DNA from: a virus
DNA length: 64,000 nucleotides
Virus record (IMG/VR): IMGVR_UViG_3300020165_000009
Strand: one strand, 5' to 3'
The number at the start of each line of letters is the position of its first letter. Position 1 is the stretch's first letter. The position numbers were made by a program, and so were the translations under genes. A model generated the notes under the pieces. It saw only the letters and a program-made list of their open reading frames with translations, was not told the DNA's origin and did no database searches. Positions 38,477-47,068 of the stretch are shown here, piece after piece.

Positions 38477-39284
38477 AAGAATTATAATTTTAGGTAACGG
38501 TAATTTAGGTAAATATTTAGAGCGGTATTTGAGTAAGCTTTACTCAGTTACAGTGTATGATAGAAGGCATTTTAATGCTATGTTCTTTTCTGATTCAGAG
38601 TTTTTTAGACGTAATATTAAATCAGGTGATGTAGTAATTAATAGTGTAGGTCTCTTAAAACCAAATATTAAGTCACAGGAAGCTGCATGGGAGGTAAATG
38701 CTGTATTTCCTCAAATTATGCAATCCATATGTGAAGATAATAATGCCAACTTTATACATATATGCAGTGATTGCGTCTTTAAAGGAGATAGAGGTAAGTA
38801 CCTAGAAATTGATGAGCCTGACTGCAACGAAGCCTACGGTATATCAAAAAGCCAAGTAACAGAAGGTACTATTATACGTACGTCATTTATAGGTAAATAT
38901 GGCGGCTTACTTAAATGGGTATTAGATAGCTATGAGCTCGGAGCCGAAGAGATCACCGGTTATGATAACTGTATATGGAATGGTGTTACAACTCTAGAGC
39001 TATGTAAATATATCGCTTTAATTATTGATGCAGATGACTTCTGGGACGGGGTTCGGCACTTCCATACACCCGGCGCCATTTCAAAATATGATCTGTGTAG
39101 ATTGATTAGTAATATTTACAGTTTAAATATTAATATTAACCAAGTAAAAGCTACTGATATAAGTGGTACAATAGTAGGTGTAGGTAATAAGCTAGATAGA
39201 ACGCTAGCGAGTACGCAGCGCTTACCATATGTACCTACTTTTAAGCAGCAGCTTAAAGAGCTTAAATTATATGATAGTAAATAG
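38469..39284 (+). CDS. RmlD-like NDP-4-keto-sugar reductase
   Basis: GNGNLG, VNA..P, HICSDCVF.G, YGISK, IRTSFIG. Confidence 0.8.
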   Translation: MNKRIIILGNGNLGKYLERYLSKLYSVTVYDRRHFNAMFFSDSEFFRRNIKSGDVVINSVGLLKPNIKSQEAAWEVNAVFPQIMQSICEDNNANFIHICSDCVFKGDRGKYLEIDEPDCNEAYGISKSQVTEGTIIRTSFIGKYGGLLKWVLDSYELGAEEITGYDNCIWNGVTTLELCKYIALIIDADDFWDGVRHFHTPGAISKYDLCRLISNIYSLNININQVKATDISGTIVGVGNKLDRTLASTQRLPYVPTFKQQLKELKLYDSK

Positions 39285-40383
39285 TCACAATGAATGGGAT
39301 CAACTAGAAGAAGTTATAGTAGGTGATGGTTTCCCGAGTGAACTACCCCTACTGGATTATTCGTTTAAATTGTTTTTTCATGAAAATCTCTGGGACGGCT
39401 GTCCGGACGGGAGAGACTATGAATTTGGTGAACAGACCATTCAAAAACGGCATTGTGAAGAGCATGCAGAAGACTTAAATAAGTTTTGTGATCTTTTACA
39501 GTCACTTAATGTAAAGGTTAGGCGACCTAAGACACCTAAAAGAATAAGCAAGACTAAAACTCCGCTATGGAGCAGTACTAACCACCCCGCTCTTAATGTA
39601 AGGGATATGGCGATGGTTGTAGGTGATACTATCATTGAGTCTCCTCCGACGTGTAAATATAGATATTTTGAGAACGATTACCTACATCACCTATTTTTAG
39701 AGTACTTTAAACAGGGCGGTAAATGGATCCAGGCCCCTAAGCCCATAATGACAGATCATAGTTTTGATTTATCCGGAATTAATGAAGATAATGGTAAGAA
39801 GTATTATATAGACGTCAGGCAAAAAGAACATTATATGGATTGCGGTGTTGAGATAATGTTTGATGCCGCTAATTGTGTTAGGATGGGTAGTCATATATTA
39901 ATGAATGTATCAAACGAGAATCAGGAACTAGGCGCTAAATGGTTACAGCAGGCCGTAGGTGACAAGTATAAAGTAATCACAACACCGCTCACAGATTCTC
40001 ATATTGATTCATCATTTCTACCATTACGACCAGGTCTAGCTATTGTTATGAAGGAGCCTGAGTATGTAAGGCCACGGCTTCCTGCTGAGTTACAGTCATG
40101 GGATCTGGTGCATATACCTACTAGAAACCGGACTCAATCTGAAAAGGAAGCGCAGGGTATTAAGCTGGCGTCTCCGAGGATAGAATTAAATGTACTCTCA
40201 ATCTCACCGGAGCTTATTATATGTCACTCCCAGTATGAGACGGAGTTAAATAAGGTTTTAGCTAAGTATGGTATAACAGCAATGGGTACTCCGTTCCGGC
40301 ATTGTGAGATTTTTGCTGGAGCACACCATTGCACTACCCTGGATGTAAGACGAAAGAGCAAATATGAAAACTACTTCGAATAA
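39271..40383 (+). CDS. amidinotransferase (glycine/inosamine-phosphate amidinotransferase family)
   Basis: NSHNEWDQLEEVIVG, RD, FDAAN, HIDS, GAHHCTTLDVRR (Asp-His-Cys triad); start reassigned to MIVNSH. Confidence 0.9.
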   Translation: MIVNSHNEWDQLEEVIVGDGFPSELPLLDYSFKLFFHENLWDGCPDGRDYEFGEQTIQKRHCEEHAEDLNKFCDLLQSLNVKVRRPKTPKRISKTKTPLWSSTNHPALNVRDMAMVVGDTIIESPPTCKYRYFENDYLHHLFLEYFKQGGKWIQAPKPIMTDHSFDLSGINEDNGKKYYIDVRQKEHYMDCGVEIMFDAANCVRMGSHILMNVSNENQELGAKWLQQAVGDKYKVITTPLTDSHIDSSFLPLRPGLAIVMKEPEYVRPRLPAELQSWDLVHIPTRNRTQSEKEAQGIKLASPRIELNVLSISPELIICHSQYETELNKVLAKYGITAMGTPFRHCEIFAGAHHCTTLDVRRKSKYENYFE

Positions 40384-41128
40384 CGCAATAACTTGCTCTA
40401 CTGATTACAACTATATTCACTACCTGTATAAACTAGTAGATAGTCTACATGCAAATAATACGGATGCTGATATTTTTATACGTATTGTTGATTTTACGCC
40501 GGATCAATTTGAGGAGGTGAGATCAAAAATAACAAGTAATAAAGTAGAGTATATCATCGATCAACCTAATCTTAGTAATCGAAAGGATATATTAAAAGAC
40601 GTTGATTCTGCAATGCATTATGTATATGGGGTTGATGTATGTAGAAACGGTAGTAAAAATATTAAAAAGTTACTGTATAGTAAGCGTAGTGTGTATACAT
40701 GTCATAGCCGCTTTAAGACGATTAGTATGCTATTGAATAGAGGTTATAATAATGTATTGAGTTTAGATGTAGATACTGTTGTTATAAAGGATATAAATCA
40801 TATGTTTAATAATCATACATATGATGTGTCTATAGTACCTACTTATACGAGCAATAAGATTGAATTATGGTATAACGAGGGTCTTTTGCATATAGGTAAT
40901 ACACCTCAATCAGTTCTATTCTTTAAAGATGTTGAAAACTTTATTTTTAATAGTGGTAGACATTTTGAGTGGAATATAGATTCTGAAGCTCTTGACAGGT
41001 GCTTCGCGAAGAGGCAAGATCTGAGAGTAGGTTATCTGGATAATACCTATAAGGATAGAGAGTTCAATGATGATTCTTATATGTGGTCAGGTGATAGTAT
41101 ATGTAAGTATAACGAGAGGTTTAAATGA
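40364..41128 (+). CDS. GT-A fold nucleotide-diphospho-sugar transferase
   Basis: STDYNY, SLDVDTVV, YKD...MWSG; third paralogue. Confidence 0.6.
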   Translation: MKTTSNNAITCSTDYNYIHYLYKLVDSLHANNTDADIFIRIVDFTPDQFEEVRSKITSNKVEYIIDQPNLSNRKDILKDVDSAMHYVYGVDVCRNGSKNIKKLLYSKRSVYTCHSRFKTISMLLNRGYNNVLSLDVDTVVIKDINHMFNNHTYDVSIVPTYTSNKIELWYNEGLLHIGNTPQSVLFFKDVENFIFNSGRHFEWNIDSEALDRCFAKRQDLRVGYLDNTYKDREFNDDSYMWSGDSICKYNERFK

Positions 41129-41919
41129 ATAAAATAATACACCAAACATGGAAAAATAAGAATATTCCTAACGATACTTTTAAGAGAAATTGGGTTGAGT
41201 CGTGGAAGAACTTAAACCCAACTTGGGAGTATAAATTATGGACTGATGAAGATATGCATGACTTTATCTCAACCAAATATAGTTGGTTTCTACCTACATT
41301 TGAGGCATATCCGGAGCAAATACAGAGAGTTGATTCATTCAGATACTTTATCATTTATGAATATGGTGGCTTATATGCTGATCTTGATATTGAATGCTTT
41401 AAACCATTAGACACCCTTTTAACGGACAATTGTATAATATTTCAGACATACCCGGAGCACCAAATGAAAGCAATAATAGATGCAGATAACCGAGAGCACC
41501 CACTTCGTAAACACTTCCCGTTACATAAACTTAAGAAGGGGTATTTTTTAACTAATAGTATTTTTTACAGTAATGGTGGTCATAAATTTTTTAAGAAGTG
41601 TATAGAGGGCTTAGAGAAGAGTTACGAGGAAAGTAAACGGTATAGATTTACAGAATTTGACTTTTTAAATAAGTCGTGTGTATGCAATACACACATAACG
41701 ATGTCAGCCGGTAGTGGATTTTTAACAAGAATGTTTTTTAAATATGGTAGGGTTTTTGATGTAAAGGATTATAGTTACGGTTTCTTTGAACCATACAAAC
41801 ACACCAGGCGTAAAGAAATTCTATTAAATCAAGAGGCTTTTAATAAAGAAAATTTATACGGTATGCACTGGAATCTAGGTAGCTGGATAAATTTAGAGGA
41901 CTCTGAATATAAGATATGA
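41125..41919 (+). CDS. GT32 (OCH1-like) glycosyltransferase
   Basis: KIIHQTW, YKLWTD, DSFRY..IY.YGGLYADLD. Confidence 0.85.
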   Translation: MNKIIHQTWKNKNIPNDTFKRNWVESWKNLNPTWEYKLWTDEDMHDFISTKYSWFLPTFEAYPEQIQRVDSFRYFIIYEYGGLYADLDIECFKPLDTLLTDNCIIFQTYPEHQMKAIIDADNREHPLRKHFPLHKLKKGYFLTNSIFYSNGGHKFFKKCIEGLEKSYEESKRYRFTEFDFLNKSCVCNTHITMSAGSGFLTRMFFKYGRVFDVKDYSYGFFEPYKHTRRKEILLNQEAFNKENLYGMHWNLGSWINLEDSEYKI

Positions 41920-42632
41920 AGGTGACTGATATACATGTTTGTTATGTTATTAACGATAACAAGGATTTTATAGACCTTACTATTAAGTCTGCTAAACAAC
42001 TGAAAAAATTCTTTAGATCTGAGGATCATAACCTAAAGATCTATGCGTTAAGTGAAATGGAGCTGGAAGGATTACCACCATTTATTGAGAATGTAATCTC
42101 GCCTCATAAGGATATACCGTTGTTGTGGCAGCGTATGTATATACCGGAGTTGATTAATTCTGATAAATGTATCTTCCTGGATAGTGATACTCTAGCATAT
42201 ACATGTATTAGTAAGTTATGGGATATTGATATTGGAGACAGTTATATAGCGCTGGCTCCACACTATTGCATGCATACTATCCAGGAGATGCTTAACCACT
42301 ACGGTTTAAATGAGTTTCCACTATACAGAGCCAAGGGAGACGTACAGCAATATTATAATTGCGGTGTGTCTGTTATAAACAGTAGACTATGGAGAGACCT
42401 AAGCCTCATCGAAATACCACTCGAGTATTATGAGAGTATTAAAAGTACATCGCACTGGAAAAATGATGAACCTACATATAACGTCTGTTTTTCTGATAAT
42501 ATATTTGAGCTCGATAAAACGTGGAATTATTACCCTATAGACGCCTATAAGAAAGCAAACATTGTACACTACTACGGTACGTACATTAAAGGTAAACCTT
42601 TTCATAATGAATTTGCTATTCATCCAGACTGA
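41916..42632 (+). CDS. GT8 glycosyltransferase
   Basis: RMYIPEL, FLDSD, YNCGV..IN, NDE...N, WNY, IVHY.G..KP. Confidence 0.82.
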   Translation: MKVTDIHVCYVINDNKDFIDLTIKSAKQLKKFFRSEDHNLKIYALSEMELEGLPPFIENVISPHKDIPLLWQRMYIPELINSDKCIFLDSDTLAYTCISKLWDIDIGDSYIALAPHYCMHTIQEMLNHYGLNEFPLYRAKGDVQQYYNCGVSVINSRLWRDLSLIEIPLEYYESIKSTSHWKNDEPTYNVCFSDNIFELDKTWNYYPIDAYKKANIVHYYGTYIKGKPFHNEFAIHPD

Positions 42633-42646
42633 TATAAATAATTTAT

Positions 42647-42844
42647 ATGAAAGAAGAAATTCAATTAAACATCCAAGACCTAGCAGAATATCAAACTCAC
42701 TTCCAAACGGATGTTAGTTTGTTTCTTGAAAAAGAGAACAAATCTGCAGCTACTAGAGCTCGTAAATCGCTACTAGAAATTTCTAAGCTATGTAAACAGA
42801 TTAGAAAAGAAATCCAAGAGATTAAGAATAGCGCTGCGGCCTAG
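42647..42844 (+). CDS. Hc1 (histone H1-like) N-terminal-domain protein
   Basis: ENKSAATRARKSLLEISKLCKQIRKE; TATAAATA 6 nt upstream. Confidence 0.65.
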   Translation: MKEEIQLNIQDLAEYQTHFQTDVSLFLEKENKSAATRARKSLLEISKLCKQIRKEIQEIKNSAAA

Positions 42845-42868
42845 TACATATACTGCTTAAATAATAAT

Positions 42869-43288
42869 GTGAAATCATTTAAGCATTTTTTTGAAGCAAA
42901 TAAGCCCCTTGGCTTAATAGAGACGCTTCATTTTCAAGATTTAGGTCCCATTGAAGCTAAAGTTGATAGCGGCAATGGGGCTTATAATGTACTGCATGGT
43001 CAAAATATCCAAGAAGTTGCAGATGGTCAAATATCATTTGATACTGTAAATGGAAAAACACTAACTGTGCCAGTTGAGGAGTATATCGATATTAATATCG
43101 GCTCTGGTAATATAGAGACAAGACCTGTAGTCAAATTTGATATAGAGGTCGGTGATGAGAGTTACCCTGGTACAAGTTTCTCTATAGGTGATAGGTCATC
43201 TAACGAATATAAGATTCTATTAGGTAAGGACTTTATCGAACAGCTAGGCGGCTTAATCGATGTAAGTGCTGAAAACAACCTCGATTAG
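42869..43288 (+). CDS. retropepsin-like aspartic protease (RimK-associated protease family)
   Basis: AKVDSGN, R.VV, ILLGKDF; N-terminal MKSFKHFFE; TAAATA 5 nt upstream of the GTG. Confidence 0.75.
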   Translation: MKSFKHFFEANKPLGLIETLHFQDLGPIEAKVDSGNGAYNVLHGQNIQEVADGQISFDTVNGKTLTVPVEEYIDINIGSGNIETRPVVKFDIEVGDESYPGTSFSIGDRSSNEYKILLGKDFIEQLGGLIDVSAENNLD

Positions 43289-43815
43289 TACCAGTCAGGT
43301 TTATTAACTGACGTCCAGGTAGCAAAAGGCTTATCTTCTCTAATATAAGATCTATACTGATCTATTACTGACAGTCTTTCGAAGTCTTTATCTCGTCGAC
43401 ATTTGCAGTCTTGATTAATAGCGACAGCAAATTCAGTCAACCCAGTTTTATTAATAATAGTATTGTGTAAATTACTCTTACACCATTTAATAAAATCTAA
43501 TGTAAAATGTTCTTTTGAGCCTGGCCATCTAACCATTCGCTCCGTAAACATTTCAAGTGTGTGGTCGACTAACCACATAAAGTTATCAGTCGTCTCACGT
43601 GCCCATATACTGCATTGATGATTGAAGTAGCCTTTACCTCGTTTACGTGGTTTACCAGTTGACGTCCTAGGACAATCTTCGTGATTTAACACTTCTTGAG
43701 GAAAGGCGTGTGCTAACATTATAGCACCTTCAATTTGCATCTTTGAACGAACATGTTGATCACATAATTCCTTCGCAGCAATAACAGGATCATTATCAGT
43801 ACAAAATATATTCAT
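43285..43815 (-). CDS. pyrimidine-dimer DNA glycosylase / DenV-like protein
   Basis: MNIF.TD.DP..AA...CDQHV.KM..E...ML, NH.CSIW.RE, YR.Y, W. Confidence 0.75.
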   Translation of the reverse strand: MNIFCTDNDPVIAAKELCDQHVRSKMQIEGAIMLAHAFPQEVLNHEDCPRTSTGKPRKRGKGYFNHQCSIWARETTDNFMWLVDHTLEMFTERMVRWPGSKEHFTLDFIKWCKSNLHNTIINKTGLTEFAVAINQDCKCRRDKDFERLSVIDQYRSYIREDKPFATWTSVNKPDWY

Positions 43816-43821
43816 ACCGAT

Positions 43822-43837
43822 ATTATAATAGTGTTCC
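43822..43837 (-). promoter_or_regulatory. GGAAC-N5-TATAAT promoter
   Basis: Minus strand GGAAC ACTAT TATAAT ATCGGT ATG. Confidence 0.55.
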
Positions 43838-43839
43838 TA

Positions 43840-44490
43840 CTATCTACCCCAGTCGTTAACGAACGTATAGAACTCACTACGCGTAGATGTATCATCGAGA
43901 AAGTCACCACTAATCTTCGCAGTCTTCATCTCGCACCCATCATGCTTAATACCGCGGAGGCATGCGCAAGTATGAGATGCAGAGATCATTACTGCAACAC
44001 CTTTATTACCTTCACATACTTCATCAATTGCTTTATGAATCTGAGTAGTTAGACCTTCTTGAATCTGCGGTCGTCTAGCATAATGCTCTACAATTCTATT
44101 CAGCTTACTCAGACCGATAACTTTACCATCGGCAGAGGGTAAATAAGCTACGTGACATCTACCCGTAAATGCTAGGTGGTGATGCGAACATAGACTCTTT
44201 ACAGGAATACCACCCTGAAATACCATCCCATTATAGCCATCAGAAGGGAAAGCTGTAATATTAGGTAGCTCATTATAACAACCAGCTGCAATATCATTTA
44301 CATAAGCTTTAGCAACACGCTTAGGTGTACCATCACTATTAGGATCGTTTCTCCAGTCAATACGTAAAGCATCTAGAAACTTTTCATAAGCTTCTGTAGC
44401 GTTAAGGATAACCTGTTGTTTTTCGTCATCGCTGAGCGGCATATTACCATTAGCGGTTGGTAGCTTGGTTAGTTTAATTCTATCGGACAT
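43840..44490 (-). CDS. folE: GTP cyclohydrolase I
   Basis: TPKRVAKAY, SLCSHH..F.G, GLSKLNR, RRPQIQE, HTC...RG. Confidence 0.95.
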   Translation of the reverse strand: MSDRIKLTKLPTANGNMPLSDDEKQQVILNATEAYEKFLDALRIDWRNDPNSDGTPKRVAKAYVNDIAAGCYNELPNITAFPSDGYNGMVFQGGIPVKSLCSHHHLAFTGRCHVAYLPSADGKVIGLSKLNRIVEHYARRPQIQEGLTTQIHKAIDEVCEGNKGVAVMISASHTCACLRGIKHDGCEMKTAKISGDFLDDTSTRSEFYTFVNDWGR

Positions 44491-44540
44491 ACCCTTATTA
44501 TATAGTATAGTCTAACGAAAGCAATAAATATATTTACAAT

Positions 44541-46055
44541 ATGAGTGATTTCTTAAAATTAGTCCAGGAAGCGACACCGCCACATGTAATTGATCATTAT
44601 GATAAAAATGCAAAGACAAAGAAGGGCGGTATACTTAATAAAGTTGTGAGTGGTGTGCAGAAAGTATCGAGTGCTATAGATACCATTGAGAAGTATGGTA
44701 CAGGTAAGTGGGATATCAATGATACTCTGCAGAAGATATTAACAAAACAACTAGATAAGAGTACGGATAAGATGGGATTATTTGGTAAATCAAATTATAG
44801 TCAAATTAAACTCGGAGCTGATATCACTGACAAAATTAATAATTATACCGATGGCGAGGACTATGACGTTAAGGCTGGTATTGAGAGAGCTAAAGCTGGT
44901 ATTGAGAGGTCACGTGAGGGTATGAGTGGAATGCGCGATACTTTAGATGGGGCGTCGCAAAAGACTGACCCAGTTACAGGTGAGTCTACATTAAATGGTG
45001 GTTTTCTGAACATGATTAGTGAAGCTACGGCCGTATTAGATAGAGATAGAGATGGTGAGTTTCAGAATACAGCACAAATGAAGGGTGATAAGGAGGGTAA
45101 GTCTGCACAATTAAAGGTCTGGGATGTGTTAAAGAGTGCTTTGGATTTACCAGAAGATGCACCTATGAAACTTACTCACCCAGATCCTCAATTGAGAGGT
45201 AAGAAAGAATTCGACAGAAGAATTGACTGGATTGCAAGAGGTGTACCTGCTTTTCTTAAGAATGTTAAAGAGGAATACCCAGATATACCATTTATCTTTA
45301 AAGATCATAGTAAAGAGGATGGATTGTCAGTCTCAGCAATTGAGCAGGACGAGGAAGAGTTTAACTTTAACGATACTACTAGACAGAATTGGATCAAAAC
45401 CCTAGGTGCAGAAAAAGCAGAGAAAATTGTTAGAGGGCTTGTAGATATATATCCCGGTGATCGTATTGTGTTTGATGAGCCAGTAGAAGATGAGCCAGTA
45501 GAAGACGAGCCAGTAAAACTAACTAGTGAAAATGCCTTGTTCAAACTAGCAGGCAGAACAAGCTTCGGTGCTAAAGGTATTCAATACACATTAAAGCCTG
45601 AGTTAGCGGATGTATCTAATATGCTTGAAGAGCGTGGTATAAAATATCTAACGTTCTTATTACAGACAAACGATAATGCATTCAAGGCTCCAGAAAGTAA
45701 TAATGGTGTTATATATGCGTATGATAATAATAACCAACCCATCAATCCAATAACTACTAAGGATGTAAATTTTCAATGGAACGGTCAAGAGGGCTTATAT
45801 ACTCTTAGTACTAATAATGCTACATTAATGGGTGTTAAGTATAGTGAAGGTCAGTTTGCTATTAATAAGGATGACGTAATGCCATTAACAGATGGTAATC
45901 ATGTATTATATAGACCTGATGAAAATTCAGTATATATGAAATTTAAGATAGTACAGGATATGAACAACGCTGACAAGTACCTGATAGATAAGGATAAAGG
46001 AGTTGCAGCGACCAAGGAAGATATAGCAGAAGCAGAAGCAGTTGGAGACAAGTGA
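44541..46055 (+). CDS. large late protein of unknown function
   Basis: TAAATA upstream; MSDFLKLVQEA; internal short repeats. Confidence 0.6.
   Translation: MSDFLKLVQEATPPHVIDHYDKNAKTKKGGILNKVVSGVQKVSSAIDTIEKYGTGKWDINDTLQKILTKQLDKSTDKMGLFGKSNYSQIKLGADITDKINNYTDGEDYDVKAGIERAKAGIERSREGMSGMRDTLDGASQKTDPVTGESTLNGGFLNMISEATAVLDRDRDGEFQNTAQMKGDKEGKSAQLKVWDVLKSALDLPEDAPMKLTHPDPQLRGKKEFDRRIDWIARGVPAFLKNVKEEYPDIPFIFKDHSKEDGLSVSAIEQDEEEFNFNDTTRQNWIKTLGAEKAEKIVRGLVDIYPGDRIVFDEPVEDEPVEDEPVKLTSENALFKLAGRTSFGAKGIQYTLKPELADVSNMLEERGIKYLTFLLQTNDNAFKAPESNNGVIYAYDNNNQPINPITTKDVNFQWNGQEGLYTLSTNNATLMGVKYSEGQFAINKDDVMPLTDGNHVLYRPDENSVYMKFKIVQDMNNADKYLIDKDKGVAATKEDIAEAEAVGDK
45474..45518 (+). repeat. 3 x 15 bp in-frame tandem repeat (DEPVE)
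   Basis: GATGAGCCAGTAGAA GATGAGCCAGTAGAA GACGAGCCAGTAAAA. Confidence 0.85.
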
Positions 46056-46084
46056 TCTCTCCCCCGTCCCTCTTATCTAAAGAT

Positions 46085-46169
46085 ATTTTAAGCTTACCAT
46101 TTTTATAAATCAACTAGTTTTTTTTTATTTTATTAATTTAGTTGATTATGATCTTCTATAGGTTATAAT
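46085..46169. promoter_or_regulatory. divergent sigma70-like promoter pair around a poly-T tract
   Basis: Plus: TTGATT (46142-46147) N16 TATAAT (46164-46169), 6 nt before the queD ATG. Minus: TTGATT (46113-46108) N17 TAAAAT (46090-46085) with no ORF downstream. Confidence 0.6.
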
Positions 46170-46175
46170 ACAATT

Positions 46176-46805
46176 ATGAAATACTTATCTACTAAGGTTA
46201 TACCCATGGGCAGTACTGCTTTTCGTCAATGGAAGGCGTATAGTCATTGCAAATTTATTCACGGATACCGTTTACAATGTAAGTTATGGTTTTCAGCTGA
46301 TGAGTTGGATGACCGTAACTGGGTATTTGATTTCGGTGACTGTAAAGATATTAAGACAGCTTTAGAGGATCAATTTGACCATACTACGTGTGTAGCTGCA
46401 GATGATCCAGAGCTTCATAGCTTTCAGCATTTAGCTGACCGTGGATTAATACAACTTCGTATTATGCAAGATGGTGTTGGAGTCGAGAGAGCGGCTGAGT
46501 GGGTATATAACAAAGCAAGTGAGATTGTTAAGGATAAGACGCAAGGTAGAGTTACAGTCGCAAAGGTTGAGGTATGGGAGCATGAAGGTAATAGTGCCGT
46601 CTATGAACAATCGACTAGCTCTGCAGAAGATAAAAGTAATGCAAAGCCTGATGTAGAAGCTGCTATGCGGACCGCAGCTGTTGTTGAAAATACGGTAACT
46701 GAAGTACCGCCTGCAGAACCTAATACCGAGCCCGGTCATCCCCCTAAGCAGAGAGTAACTCAGGGTATGTCAAATCCATTCGGTGGAACGAGTTGGGGAG
46801 AGTAA
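46176..46805 (+). CDS. queD: 6-carboxy-5,6,7,8-tetrahydropterin synthase
   Basis: AFRQW...SHC..IHGY, WVFDFG, FDH, G.E..A, VEVWEH..NSA; low-complexity C-terminal tail. Confidence 0.9.
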   Translation: MKYLSTKVIPMGSTAFRQWKAYSHCKFIHGYRLQCKLWFSADELDDRNWVFDFGDCKDIKTALEDQFDHTTCVAADDPELHSFQHLADRGLIQLRIMQDGVGVERAAEWVYNKASEIVKDKTQGRVTVAKVEVWEHEGNSAVYEQSTSSAEDKSNAKPDVEAAMRTAAVVENTVTEVPPAEPNTEPGHPPKQRVTQGMSNPFGGTSWGE

Positions 46806-47068
46806 TGAGTTTAGATAATGCTTACAATAGAGTACCAAAACACACTGTAGGCAGTACAGGTATGGGAGCGCCTGTAGCGAGAGAAAGAGACCCTCAGCTC
46901 CAAAAACTGGAAAATGATATATTTGCAAAAATGAACCAGGCTATTGTACCTCGTACTCCTACACCGGACTTACCAGAAGTAAGGAGTATCGAGGTACAAT
47001 CAGTTGGTTTTGAGCAAGCACTTAAAGAACTAGCTAATGGTATCGAGTCTCTCGACGATAAACCTTAA
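46805..47068 (+). CDS. hypothetical protein
   Basis: Start MSLDNAY overlapping the queD stop (TAATG). Confidence 0.55.
   Translation: MSLDNAYNRVPKHTVGSTGMGAPVARERDPQLQKLENDIFAKMNQAIVPRTPTPDLPEVRSIEVQSVGFEQALKELANGIESLDDKP

Noticed and set aside
35770-42632. Bacterial aminoglycoside antibiotic cluster or host LPS island (chimeric assembly)
   Set aside because: No cyclitol synthase, exporter, resistance gene, flippase or polymerase; the genes share the phage promoter and coupling style
11400-43837. GGAAC motif as a LexA/SOS box
   Set aside because: Only a single GAAC half-site is present, without the inverted or direct partner that known LexA boxes require
44871-45518. Short in-frame repeats (KAGIER x2, DEPVE x3) as a diversity or contingency system
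   Set aside because: Two or three copies in linker-like regions; consistent with simple slippage
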